Positions 11,476 to 26,887 of a DNA stretch of 64,000 nucleotides are shown here, in pieces. The stretch lies in assembly GCF_009914755.1 (NCBI RefSeq), contig NC_060931.1; one strand, 5' to 3'. Positions within the stretch are counted from its first letter, which is position 1; each line of letters opens with the position of its first letter. The notes under the pieces were generated by a model. That model ran no database searches, had not been told where the DNA came from, and saw only the letters and a program-made list of their open reading frames with translations. Made by a program: the position numbers and the translations under genes. The DNA is from the human T2T-CHM13v2.0 reference genome, Homo sapiens.

Positions 11476-13121
11476 TTTTTCATTTATTTTTCCTAGCTTT
11501 CTTGAGGTATGAAGGACAAAAATATATATATTTGAGGTATAAAATATGGTGTTTTGATATATGTATACTTTGTGAAATAATTACCACAATTAAGCTAATT
11601 AACATAGCCATCACCTCACATAAGTTGCCATCGTGTATGTGTGTGTGTTTGAGTGTGTGTGTGTGTGTGTGTGTGGTGAGCACACATGAGATCTACTCTT
11701 TTTAGGAAATTTCAGATATATAATACTTTTATAATTAACTAAAAATCCTAAAACGTGTACAGAGTCCCAAAAAAATCCGGAATAGCTAAAGCAATTTTTG
11801 AGCAGGAAGAACAAAGGTGGAGGCTTCATACTCCCTGATTTCAAAATATACAACAAAATTATAGTAATAAAAACCATGTGGCATTAGCATAAAAATAGAT
11901 ACATAGACCAATGGGACAAAAGAGAGAACCCATAAATAAACTCACTTATATATAATAAATTCATCTTTGACACAGTAGGAAAACTCAATGGGAAAAAGGT
12001 TAGTGTTTTTAATAAATGGTGTTTTGAAAACTAGATATCCACATGCAAAAGAATGACAGTGAATCCTTCTCTTACATCATTTATAAAAATCAATTCAAAA
12101 GGGATTGAGGAATTACATAAGACCTAACACTATTAAACGCTTACAAAAAATATAGGAGGAAAGGTCCTTCACAATGGTCTCTGCATTTTTGTTCCAGATT
12201 TGGCCTTCAAAAACACAGGCAATGAAAGCAAAAATAAACAAGTGGGGTACATCAAACTAAAATGTTCCTGCATAGCAAGGAAACATCAACCAAAGGAAAA
12301 AGCAACCTACGCAATGCTAGAAAATATTTGTAAACCATATATCTGATAAGAGGTTACTATCCAAAATATATAAGCAACTCATACAACTAAATAGCAAAAA
12401 TATATAATCCGATTAAAAAATGGGAAAGGATCTGAACAGACTTTTTCCAAAAAAGACATGCAAATGGAAAACATGGGTATAAAAAATGTGCTCAACGTCA
12501 CTAATCATGGGAAAATGCAAATCAAAATCATGAGCTTTCTCTTTACATGTTAAGATGGCTATTTTCCAAAAGACAAGAGATAATAACATTGGCAAGAATG
12601 TGGAACAAAGGGAATGCTCATGCTCTATTGGCAAGAATTATAATTTGTACAACCATCATTGAAAACAGTATGCAGGTTCCCCCAAAATTTAAAAATAAAA
12701 TAACCACATGATCCAGCAAACTCACTTTTGGAAATATATCCAAAGGAAATAAATTACCATCTCCAAGAGATATTTGCACTCTCATGTTCATTGCAGCATT
12801 ATTTACAATAGCTAAGATATGGGGGTGGTCTGCATCCTGTCAACAGATTAATAGATTTTAAAAATGTGACATGGATACACACAAACACACAATGGAATAT
12901 GATTCATTCCTAAAAAGAAGAAAACCCTGACTTTTTTGACAACATGAATGAATCTTGAAGACGTTATACTAAGTGAAATAACCAGATGCACAATAGCAGA
13001 TATTGCATGATTTCACATGTAGAATCTTTAAAAAAGTGAAAAGGGAGATATTAATGAAAGGGTACAAACTTTTAGTTATATGACAAAAAAGTACTGGAGA
13101 CAATATACAGCATGATGACTA
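11476..13121 (-). mobile_element. L1MA8/L1MA9-like element with 5' inversion (3' end on - at 11476-11741; inverted ORF2/3'UTR part on + at 11742-13121)
   Basis: The minus part is an L1MA 3' terminus; the plus part is ORF2 end plus 3'UTR and stops at catgatgacta, the consensus position where the minus part begins (tagttaat). Confidence 0.8.
11634..11674. repeat. Imperfect (TG)n inside the L1MA 3' UTR
   Basis: tgtatgtgtgtgtgtttgagtgtgtgtgtgtgtgtgtgtgt. Confidence 0.9.
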
Positions 13122-14129
13122 GTTTAAAATATTTTACTTTTTATCAGAAAAATAATACATTTAATTAAGTAAATTTGTTAATAATTAGTGATTAAAAATT
13201 ATACTCACTAAAAAGTCAACAATCCACCATAAATACTATTAGTATTTGCCATATTCCTGGGCATATTCTTTTCTATGTATGTTTGTAATTTTGTGTAACC
13301 TGCAAACTTTTGTATTCTCCTTGTTTTCCCTTAACATGAACTCATAACAGGTCAGAAGTGATTATTCTTACATGAAGTTCTGCCTAGTTGGTAAATAGAA
13401 CTCCAAATGTTTGCATAGAGTTTCATCAAGTCATTATGTTATAGTTTACGGAGCTCTTTTTCTGTTGTTGAAGATTTAAGATTTTTAGTGCTTTAATTGA
13501 AAATTGTCACCATGTTATCTTCAAAAACAAACAATACCTGATTGCATTGCCATGCTTCCTTTGGGGGAAAAAAAAAAAAAACAAGTTGTCTAGATAAGCC
13601 TAAAGAGAGAGGTAGGTCAAATAATTAAAGGCCTAAATAATAAACAACAATAAATCATAGAAAACAATTTATAGTTATTGAAGGACAACTCAAGGAAGTT
13701 TCTGAGGTATTTTCTATAATTTTTAGGTATATTAATAACTAACCTCTTAGGTCATTAGTTATTTATCTCTCTTTGCACTCTACATAACTAATTGAAATTC
13801 AAATTTTAGTAACAAACGTACTCTTTGCACTATAATTTTCTTCTTATGTCAATATATCTTTTTTCTAATTATTGCATAATCATAATTTCTCATATATATT
13901 TATATAATTGTAGGGCTGAAAAAAAAATTTTATGTCACCCAGTTTATCCTGGAGGCTAAGAATTCTTTGACTTACCTGAAGTTACGCATCTAGTTAGGGC
14001 AGTTTTAGTTGTCCTGATTCTACCTCCAGAGCTTTTTAAAATTACACTTGGCTATATAATAGTAGCATTAGAGCAGCGGTAGTGGTAGTAACAGTGATGG
14101 TAGTAATGGTGGTGGTAAAGCAGCTAGTT

Positions 14130-14320
14130 TTTCTGCATCTCTTTTTATGTTATAAGCAAATTTGTAAGATTTTAACATACTTTAACTTATTTAATCTTTA
14201 CATCCCACCCACAGGTAATAATCCATTTTTAACTCCAGATGATAAAGTTGATAATCAGAAGACATAGTTAATAAGTAGTGAATCTCAGACTCAAACTCCA
14301 GACTGTACAAATTCAGAACT
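14130..14320 (-). mobile_element. MIR fragment (degraded)
   Basis: ttatttaatctttacatccc...ccatttttaactccagatgataaagttga...gactcaaactccagact resembles the MIR core. Confidence 0.5.
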
Positions 14321-14599
14321 TAAAAAAATTTTCATGATATTAATAATGAAGTATAAGAATGGAATATTTAACATAATATTTATAGATGCCATTTAATATT
14401 AATATTTGATTTTTAATAATAATACATATGACAATGACTTTTCATAGAAAGAGTACCTTAAATTTATCTGAGTGTTATATTAAACATAATTTGTCATGCA
14501 ACCATATGTATGTAACCATGATCATTTTCACACATAATATAGACAATTGATTAAATAAATGTTTTATCTTATAAAATTCAGATTTCAAAAATTTTAGGA

Positions 14600-16610
14600 T
14601 TGGATTTTCTAGATACTAACTATGAGCCAGTGGAATTTGAAATTAAAAATACATTATAATTTACATTAGCACTGAAAAACTAAAATACTTAGGTATATAT
14701 CCAACAAAATATGTCTAAGATCTGTAGGAGTGAAACTATAAAATTCTGATAAAACATATCAAACAAGAGCTAAATAAATGAAAAACATTTCATACCATTG
14801 CAAACAAAATTTTAGCAAGTTACTTGTTGGATGTTGACAAATTGATTCTAAAGTTTATATGAAGAGGCAAAAGACCCCAAGTGGCCTACTCAATACTGAA
14901 TAAAGTCTGAGGATTGTCACCACCAAACATCAAGAATTATTACAAAGCAACAGTATCCAAGACAGTGTGGTATTGGAAAAGAATAGACAAATAGACCAAT
15001 AGACATATAAATATTTCAATATTTCTACACTTCAGATCAAATCCACTGATCTGAGACAAGGGAACACAGGTAGAACAATGGAACAAAGATAGGTTTTTCA
15101 ACAAATGGTGCTGGAAAAACTGGATACTTATATGCAAAAAAACATGGAATCTAGACACAAACCCTACATGCTTCACAAAAATTAATTCAAAATAGATCAT
15201 AGACCTAAAAGTAAAATATGACGCTATAAAGTTCCTAGTGGAAAACATAGGAGAAAAATCTCAATTACCATGGGTATGACGATGACTTTTTATATACAAC
15301 ACCAAAGGCATTATCCATGAAAGAAAGAGTTGATCAAATGGACCTCAGTTAAATTAGAAACTTCTTCTTGGTTCTCAAACCTGATTGTGCATCACAATCC
15401 CCCAGGAGTTTGTTGCAAATATTCACAGACCTCATCTCCAGAAAAACAAAACAAAACAAATAAAAAATAAAAGACCCACTTATTCTCTATAAAAGACAAT
15501 GTTGAAGAGAATGAAAAGATAAGACACAGACGGAGAAAGTAGTTGAAAAAGACATCTCTTATAAAGAACCATTATCTAAAATATATAAAGAACTTTTAAA
15601 ACTTGATAAGAAAACAGGCAACCTGATTTTAAAAAGTGCAAAAACACCTGAATAAACATCTCATCAAAGAAGACATACAGATGGAAATTAAGCATATGAA
15701 AAAATATTCAACATTATATGCCATCAGGGAATTGCAAATTAAAAGGACAATCAGCTACTACTACTAGAATGGCTAAAATCCAGAACACTGACAACACTAA
15801 ATTCTGGTGAGGGTGTGGAACAACAAGAATTCTCACTTGCTGCTGATGGAAATGCAAACGATGGAGCCATTTTTGAGGACAGTTTGGAAGTTTCTTACAA
15901 AACTAAAAATACTCTTACCATATTGTTCAGTAATCTTACTTCTTGATATTTACCCTAAAAGGTTTAAAACTTATTTACAAACAAAAACCTGCAGAGAGTT
16001 TAGACCATATTTATTCATAGTTTGTTAAAACTTGGAAGCAACTAAGATATCCTTCAGTAGGCGATGAATAAACAGTAGTACACCCAGATAATGAAATATC
16101 ATTAACCACTAAAAAGAAATGAACTACTGACCCATGAAAAGACATGGAGGAAACTTAAATTCGCATTACTAAGTGAAAGAAGTCAATCTAAAAAAGGCTA
16201 CATACTATATAATTGTAACTACTGACATTCTTGAAAAGTCAAAATTATGGAAACAGTGAAAAGATCAATGGTTGCCTGGGGTTAGGGGAGAAGGAGAAGT
16301 CAAAGGGCAAAGCGCAAAGAATTTTTAGATCAATGAAAATTATGGTGGATGCATGTCATTATTACATTTGTCAAAACCCATGGAATGGACAATAGTAAGA
16401 GTGAAGCCTAATGTAAACTACAAACTTTGGGTAATAATAATGTGTCAATGTAACTTCATCAATTATAATAAAATTGCCACTGTGATTGGGGATATTGATA
16501 ATATAGAGACTATGTATATTTAGGGACATGTGTCTATAGGATTTCTCTGTACTTTTTTCTCAGTTTTGTTGTTAACTAAAAGCTGCTCTTTAAAAAAGTC
16601 ATTTTTTAAA
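14600..16610 (+). mobile_element. L1MC1-like ORF2 3' part and 3' UTR
   Basis: Degraded ORF2 (aacaaatggtgctggaaaaactgg) and L1MC 3' end (aagagtgaagcctaatgtaaactacaaactttgggtaataataatgtgtcaatgt). Confidence 0.82.
15369..15477 (+). mobile_element. MER5A-like (hAT-Charlie) half element followed by an A-rich tail, inserted in L1MC1
   Basis: tggttctcaaacctgattgtgcatcacaatcccccaggagtttgtt resembles a MER5A end; flanked by acttcttct / acttattct. Confidence 0.6.
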
Positions 16611-19004
16611 TTAGGATTACAAAATACTTTGTATATAGATCATCCTCATACAGAAGGTATGTCCCTTAAAGTTCATAGAAAATTATTGAAACTGTAGTAG
16701 TGCAACCAGTGATCACAATAAATGTACATGCATAAAATCTTGCTGTTGAACCACTACCAATTTTTTTCTCTTCTAGGGATATTAAATTATGTATAATTGT
16801 CCAATAGTAAGTGCTAAGACTTGTACACTGAATTCCTGATTGACCTTTTATGTTATAACTTAACTATCAGTATTTGATTTCACATCAAGTAGCAACCTAA
16901 AAATAGCACATTTGTTTTTCCTTCCCATCTTGTAGTCTTCGCTGCCCCCTCACATACTTAGCTCTTGCCAGGCTTTTCAGAGGTGTCTGTGACTCTCAGA
17001 AGAGGCTCTTAATTCTTGGCTAATCTTGCCTCTGTGTCTTGCAGGTGCTGTAGCCTCATTTATCTTCTTTCTCACTGGAGTTGTACAACCAAGAACTATC
17101 ACGCCCACCAATAGATCTAGCCATAATTGTTTTAAGAGCTGGAACTCAGCTTCAACTTCCCACAAACTCCATTTTATCCTCACTGTCTCCTGGGGGAAAC
17201 ATGAAGAGGAATGCATTCAGGAATTTACCGAACCAGAAGCATGTCAGTTTTTTTCTCCAAAGCCATAAAATGTGAAATACAGTTTCTAAACCCCTTATGC
17301 CTATGATTAGAAATTAGAGATTAATAAGGATTGACATTGAAATTTTGCAAAGAATCTCTAATTATATCTGAACAAATGAACAGGAGGAAAAATTTTAAAA
17401 GAGGCCAATTGACTATGATGCCAGTCAAATCTTTCTTAAAATTACACAGAAATGCTTCCCATTTCATTTTCCAGAGGTAATGAAAAATATACTCTGCTGG
17501 AAAGAAATCAAATGACAGTACATAAGCAGGTTTCCAATCTACTATTTGCATTGTGACACCCACGCACACTCCACTCTGATCATGTTTTTATATTTTTGAT
17601 TGGAATGAACTGTTATTAAATGTGAAAAGGCTGAAATGCATGAATAATAGCTATTAATTATCACAATTTATTAAATGGATAAAGGCAGCTGGGACCTTAG
17701 TTTGTCCCTGACACTGCACAGATGAAGCTGTAAATGAACAGTACACACACAAGTGTTATTTCTAGTTGTTTTGCAGTGCTTCACTTAAATCTTAAGCTGT
17801 TCTTTGTAGTCATATTGTGATTGTTTATTATCGGAACTCTCCATCCTCAGAAATCTTGCCAACGTCACATGTACTAACAAATACTGAAAGCTCAAGTGAT
17901 CTTTAATTCCCACTGTTCCCTAATTGAACATCCAATTCAGGAAGAATAGGGCAGTATGAGGAAAGTTGGACAGAGAAAAAAGAAAGCTATGCAAATGCCT
18001 CACCAATTTTACTTTTTAAAATGGCAGTAGTAAGTAAATGCTTGCGCCATCAAATGATGAAACAAGGTGACTAAAATATTTCACAGCCTAAAAGTGTTCC
18101 ACTCTTATGTATTAGCCCTAATACAGTGATGCTCTATGATAATTTGATAGCACTTTTGTTGGGCAATCCCAGTACTTTACTCCTTTGGCTACTGGTTCTG
18201 ACTATAAGTGAAAATAAGCATTCTGACTGTCATTGTAATCCGTCTCATCAACTACAATGAATGAGAGCAGTTTGAGATACAAAAATATTTTGCTTCTTTT
18301 TATACAAGTCCACCTGGATTGTCTGACTTAAAAATGGACTGGGTTTTTCTAAGAACTCTCCCACCACCATTTGTGGAGATACAGACTAAAATTAAGTAAC
18401 TCTCGCTTCTGGCTTCCATGATGCCACTCAATAATTATCCTACCAGTCTATCAATTACCAAATTATTTCATAAATATGTTGTTTCCTGAATTGTCTATAA
18501 AATTTTGGTGTTACCTAAGATTCTGTCTCAGCATTTTTTCCTATTCATATCACCTTTCTTCTTATTCATTATTTTCTGTTTTTCTCTTCTTTCTAACTGT
18601 ATAATAGAAAATTCAGAAAAATTGAGATAGTTTTAAAGGGAATCTGTAGAATTTAGATCTAAGCATTTAAATTTAAGTATCTGTTAGGTCTCTCAAGAAA
18701 TATTTAATAATTATTGGGAAATACAAGGATGGGGGTGAGTTTTTCTTGGCAACCATTTGGGAATGAACACTATAGAGCTGAAGTCTAAAATTGCAGGGTG
18801 ATTATGACTTTTGGGAGGGAGAATTTAGACCTACATTTATTAATGTAAATAAAGAAGGAAGGTGAACAAAAACTAGGACAGTATTGCAAGCATTCTATTT
18901 GTGACTTCATACATTTTATTTTTATTTGTTGGGCTGTGTCACCATGGCAAACAGTGAAAGATTAAGTTTTCTTCACGGGGAACATTTTAACTTAGTCACA
19001 ATTA

Positions 19005-20587
<1,583 letters not shown>

Positions 20588-21536
20588 CAAATGAGAGATC
20601 AACATGGTATAGCCAGATGCTACAAACCTCAGCAACTCTATCAAAATATACAAATGCAATGAGGAAGAAGTAGCTAAAAACAGCCCCATGATGGCAACTG
20701 ACATTAAATCAAACAAAAATTTTATTCAAACCAAATATGGAGCAGGATTTGGTTCTCCTCAAACTTAAGGCTCATAGCTAAGGGGAGAAACCAGAGAAGG
20801 GAAGCTAAGAAAGATATCTAGAGAACTAGATCTAGAGTCAACACAAAGTAAAATGAAGTTTGAATTCAGATTTACTGTGTCCACAGAATCATTAGTTCAG
20901 GTGCTCCAGCTTCCCTATACTAGCTTTTAAAGAGATTCGGTCCCTCTAAATTGGAGGAGAAAATGAGTAATAGCCATTTGGTGAGTAGAAAAACTACTAT
21001 TAGGTGTAATTAGCTTTACTTGTCCGATATGCCAGGATAGAGTAGAAGATGCACTAAAGAAAATGTTGCCAATAGATCGAGCCTGTTACTTTCATTCAAG
21101 TTAGTTGTTGAAGGTATTCTGAGTTTGACTCATTTTACACGTTCTTCTAATAGCAAGCAATCGATAATTGTATTGATTCAATCAATATGTTCAAGTAATC
21201 AATGAGAATTCATATAACTTCATCACAGCATTTTAATATATTATAATTAAAAATTATAATTAATAAACATCTTGTTTGGCAAATTGATAATTTATCATCT
21301 TTCTTCACTGAACTGTGAAACAAAGTCTGCTTTGGAAGATATCCACAATCCATGTGTGATGCTTGCTGTCACACATTAAAATAATATATGGGGGAAAATA
21401 GCAGAAAGGATGAATGAGGAAATAAAACAGCTAAAAGATAACAACGTAAAATTTTAAGCAACATTTCTGTATTTTTTTCCTTTTCTTACCTAAAGGAATT
21501 TTTATGGAGTTCACTGAGATTTTTAAAAGATTACAG

Positions 21537-21815
21537 GGCCGGGCGCGGTGGCTCACTCCTGTAATCCCAGCACTTTGAGAGGCCCAGGCGGGCGGATCAC
21601 GTGGTCAGGAGACCACGGTGAAACCCCGTCTCTACTAAAAATACAAAAAATTAGCTGGGCACAGTGGCGGGCGCCTGTAGTCTCAGCTACTCGGGAGGCT
21701 GAGGCAGGAGAATGGTGTGAACCCGGAAGGCGGAGCTTGCAGTGAGCCGAGATCCTGCCACCTCACTCCAGCCTGGGGGAAAGAGTGAGACTGTCTCAAA
21801 AAAAAAAAAATAAAA
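21537..21815 (+). mobile_element. AluY, Yd-lineage-like, with left-arm deletion
   Basis: ggtcaggagaccacggtgaaacc (about 18 bp shorter than AluY), gcacagtggcgggcgcc, acccggaaggcggagcttgc; CpG-rich; poly-A. Confidence 0.9.
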
Positions 21816-21933
21816 TTACAAGAATTAAATCCTATGTACCTGTTTGAGGTGTTTAAAAAACATTAAGAATGTGATGAATCAGAAACCAGGACAGCATCCA
21901 CCAATTACTTGACACAGTAATAAATTAGTGCTC

Positions 21934-22289
21934 TGTATTATTCCATTATCAACCTGCTATAAAGATAGTACCTGAAACTGATAATTTATAAAGAAAGAAG
22001 GTTTGATTCACAGTTCTGCATGGCTGGGGACGCATCAAGAAACTCAAAATTGTGATGGAAGGCAAAGGGGAAACAAGGCACGTCTTACATGGCAGCAGAA
22101 GAGAGAGCAAGAGCTAGGAAGTGCCACACTTAAAACCACCAGCTCTTGTGAAAACTCCCTAAATATCAAAACAGCATGGGGGAAATCACCCCCATTATCT
22201 AATCACCTCCCACCAGGTCCCTCCCCTGACACGTGGGGATTACAAATGAAGATCAGATTTGGATGGGGACACACAGCCAAACCATATCA
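21934..22289 (-). mobile_element. MaLR solo LTR, THE1D/MSTA-like
   Basis: tgtattattcc ... agccaaaccatatca; TSD tgctc/tgctt. Confidence 0.88.
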
Positions 22290-22569
22290 TGCTTCATTCA
22301 GCTACAGAATAATCTAGACCCTACACTATGGAGAAAAGTGGATGATGCCTCAGTGAGGGGAGTCATGTACATTTCTCTTCTACTTTTTTCTTTTATCAAC
22401 CACACATTACCCTTGCTTTATTATTAATTAAGCATACATTTGTTGTGTAAGTTTGAGAGTATAAAAATGGAAACAAATACCGTGTTTATATGGATCATTT
22501 TAAAAATACTTACCTGTCAGTATTATTTTACCACATATATTTTTGGGTTTTTGTTTTCAATCCTTAAGA

Positions 22570-22860
22570 TTTTTATATTTATTTATTTATTTTTGAGATA
22601 GGTTCTCACTCTGTTGCCCAGACTGAAGTGCAGTGGTTCAATCATAGCTCACTGCAACCTTGAATGCCTGGGCTCAAGTGATCCTCTCGCTTCAGTCTCC
22701 AAAGTAGCTAAGATTACAGGCATGCACCACCATGCCCAGCGAATTTTTTTAAAGTTATTTTTAGCAGAGAGGTCTCACTATGTTGCCCAGGCTGGTCACA
22801 GACTCCTGGGCTCAAGGTATCCTCCTGCCTTGGCCTCTCAAAGTGCCACCATGCCCAGTC
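22570..22860 (-). mobile_element. AluJ
   Basis: T-rich tail; J diagnostics atcatagctcactgca, gggctcaagtgatcc, ctcactatgttgcccaggctgg; aagatttt on both sides. Confidence 0.9.
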
Positions 22861-24109
22861 AAAGATTTTTTTTTTAAACTCTATCTGGTGTTAGTGAAGT
22901 GATTAATGAGGAGGCAGAAAATGGCCCCTTGACATGTTGGGACTATGCGTTACCATGAGTTATCTATTTGATGAAATATTTCTTTAGAGCAGTGCATATG
23001 CGAAGTTCTTCACTCATATGTACTGTTAATTCCATCTTAATGCATGTATTAGCAGCCCAATAGATGGATTCAGAGACTGAATTAAATTTCTCAAGCATTT
23101 GAGGGAAGTTAGAAAGAACTTCAGAGATTCTGACTTTGATTAGAGAGCTAGAATGCCAAAATCCTACTCAAAAACCAAAGTGGGTAGGATTTGTTTTCAG
23201 TGGGCACATATCAAGCCCATTTTTAAATTATTGAGATACTTTTGAGAAAATGTTACTTTCCTGAGCTCATCCACTGCCTCTCACCTTGGGTGTCAGCCTC
23301 CCTTTAGAATTCCCAGGCCTCCCCACAAGGAAAGAGGAGGGGACACAGACACTCCTCCAGTACTGAGAACAATGGCCATTGTTTGCAATGCCTGTGACTG
23401 GCTGGTTGATGTGTTCAATTTCTACTCTTATCATTGCCTAATTACTAAACAGGGAAACTCAGACATCGCTAAGTGATACCAAAAGCGTGCTGTCAAATAG
23501 AAACAAAAAAGCTGTTTAACTGAATTTTCCATTTTTTTATCACTTGGTGATGGTACTGTGAATACCAATCTTTCAGCTGACAAATCCAAATAAAAGAATT
23601 TGAAAGGTTTGCATTACTGTTATGTCTGACACATAGTAAGTGGTGAACACATGCTTGAAATTTTCATCACTCCTACTGCCCTAAAAAAATTTCTTTAAGC
23701 AAAGGCAAACTTTCTGTCAGTATCATTATGAAAACTGTCAACTCTTATTCAAGAGCAGAAGTGGATCAAAGTGCATGCTCAGTGGCTCCTGGGAGATAAC
23801 AGCATCTATAACCAATTAACCTGGAGCCTCATGAATGGGGATACTTTTGAGCACAGCTCCACATAGTTCCTAGAGGCAAGACTCAAAGGAAGATGGTGGG
23901 TGGACAAAAACTCTAACTTCCGGATCATGGTTCCACACATAGACAAAATAACTATAGAGACATCTCTTCATGCAACACTGATCATTATTCTACCTGTGCT
24001 GATATTTTATCATTTATGTGTTAGAAGTCAAAATAATAACTTTATTAATCACATATCAATTTGAGGTGAATGAAAATATGCTTGAAGGTATTTATAATGA
24101 ATGAATGTA

Positions 24110-24780
24110 ACTTAAATCTATGATAAGATGCCATTTTTATAAAATGGATTGGTGGAGATCAAAAAGCCTTATAATATACCATGTGGATAAGGGTGCAGGG
24201 CATTGTTACATATTATTGGTAGGAATAAATTGCTGTAACATTGAAACATTAAATTAAATAGATAAATACCCTTACATTACCCTTCAATTTTACTTCTAGG
24301 AATCTGTCATATTGGCATGTTCACATATAATGTAATTACATATGTATAAGTGAAATCACTGCAGGTGGGCTTTTTTATAATATCAAAAGTTTAGATAGGA
24401 TAAAAATGCCTATTAATACAAAAATTTTTAATGGAATGTTTACATAAAGAAATACAATGCCTAAAGGAAAGTCACTTTATATGCACTGCCATAAAAAATC
24501 TCCAAATATTTTAAGTGAATAAAACCAATCGTTGCAATATGTATTATATGCTTCCAATTTGATACAATGAAGAAAAACATTGAAAGATATGTGTATTTAT
24601 ACATGTATGTTCATATATACATATATATGTAAATAAATACACACACACAAGAAAACACAAGAAATCACTAATAGTAGTTGTTTTTTGGTGTAGGGAACTA
24701 AAACTTTGGGAAAGAGGAGAGGGGGAAATATTTAATCCTATCCTTTTCGAATTCTCTACAATGTACTAGGGCTCTTTATT
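24110..24780 (+). mobile_element. Old L1 (L1ME-type) 3' fragment
   Basis: ataagatgccatttt, caattttacttctaggaatct, degraded 3'UTR motifs. Confidence 0.5.
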
Positions 24781-24791
24781 AAAAATAATTT

Positions 24792-24929
24792 GCAGTGTAC
24801 ACTATTCAGGTTATGGGTACACTAAAACCTCAGACTTCATCACTACACAATATATCTATGTAACACAACTGCACTTGTACCACTAAATCCATAAAAATAA
24901 AAAAAATGAAAAAGCAAAAAAAAAAAAAA
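24792..24929 (+). mobile_element. Very short L1PB3/L1PB4-like 3' end with poly-A
   Basis: gtacactattcaggttatgggtacactaaaacctcagacttc...gcacttgtacc; TSD aaaaataattt / aaaaatcattt. Confidence 0.85.
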
Positions 24930-26780
24930 TCATTTATTAATACCATTGGTATGGAGCACAGACCTAAGAATTATAGAAAACAATTTTATATACTATGCTC
25001 TCTGCCTTCCTTCATTGTCTTAACTATTAGTTTGCTCAACATAAATGGAAAATGAGAACTTCTGTTAAGTATTTCATATGGGCTAGGCTCTCTTGGGCCC
25101 TGCAATGTAACAAATTACTTTCAATTTGATTTGGGGCTCTAAAATGCTAGACTTAATAATGAATTCTATATTTTCCTTAAATGCTTCTGCAAGCACTACA
25201 CTAAAATTTGGGGTGAAGCTTGGAATTTTATTTCTTCTGGGGATTCTATGTCCTATTCTCATTTCTATAAAGGAAGTTGCCAGCAGCTTGCAAGCAGGGT
25301 GTTTGCTTCTTGGTTTAATATTGGACCAGTGTTTGTTTTCACATTATACATGTGTATATATGCTTTTAAATTCTATTACAGAATTTGGCCGCAAACTGGT
25401 TTACTTCTGCATAAAGGCAACATATTTATATTTTATGGAACCTTTGTGCTGCTACATGTGTTGATTTTTAAAAAGCAAAATACAAATTTTAAGCAACTCA
25501 TGCTTGACATAGAAGCAGTAAAATGAATTTAAACAAGTATGGTAAAGAAAAATACATGGCAATTTCTTTTTTGACCAGGTAGAAAAAAAGAACATGCTAT
25601 GATATCTTTGCTACTAAGGAAGCTAATAAACATCTCTCTGAAATCAGTGGTAAGTTACTTAAAATATTGCAGTAGCTGGTACTATTTTTCTGGAGAGGAA
25701 GATAAGAAATGGCTTATTTGTTAAATATAATTAAAACTGTTTATGTTCGTCTCAATGACCTTATTTTATATATTAATATAATTTTATAGTTGTATTCTTT
25801 AGGGTTGTATGAGTCCTAAAGCAGAATTAGAGACAGTGGAAAATTTACTTTGGGTGTGTTGAGCTTAATTTCCCATTGACCAATATCTGTTGTGGTACTA
25901 TCCATTTACTCCTTCTGAGAATTACAAAGCCGTCTAAACTAAATGTAATTTGATGAATGAAAAATCCCTGCTGTGTCCTTTGCCCTCCTAAAACAAAAGA
26001 CTAGTTAAAAGAATAATCTGTAACATAAAAGCTCAATTAATTAATTAATGCATTTATTCATCATTAACATGACTCTTCTCTTTGCTTGATTTTAATGTTA
26101 GCTAAAGGAGCAGGCATTAAGGTATATATGGCCTGGCTGTTTCCAGTAGAGTACTGTCTTTAATAATCAATTTTCCTAAGTACCTAGGTGTGCATGTGCT
26201 CACCTATTTGTGTGCATATGATGCAGTTGTCATTCTGTGGCACCAAATATTTTTCCAAATTGAATGAGTTCTATCTGATGAATGCACCGTTTTGTGAAGA
26301 GAAACAAATTTGAAGCAAAATGAGCTTTGAGGGATAAGGGAGAATTTGAATGAGATTCTTACAGTGACGTTCTGAAGAAGGTGGGCCTATGGACAGAGGA
26401 ATAAGTGGGAGGACAGGATGAACTTTAGAGGAGATCGTCTGTGAATAAGTTGCAGAAAGTAATATTAGCAACCAATTCTGAATCTATTTTATGAAAACAG
26501 TAATTTTTTTAAAGTTTTTCCTGAATTGTTCAGTAAATTCAGATATAACTATGGCGATAAATGTGGGCCATATGTCACAAAAAAAGGAGTATGCTTTAAT
26601 ATTACACATAGATTTGGCATTTCATTAACTGCTTTATATTAAATAGGTGACTTATATTAAGGAGAAACCAAATATAAGATAAAGATAGGACAAGTACTAG
26701 ATAAATTGGATAATGTGGATAAATGTAAACTGATAAAATTTAATTCAAACTAAACTAAACCCTCGCTGTAACTGAACCTC

Positions 26781-26830
26781 TGTATTAGTCAGGGTTCTCT
26801 AGAGGGACAGAACTAATAGGAGATAGATAC

Positions 26831-26887
<57 letters not shown>

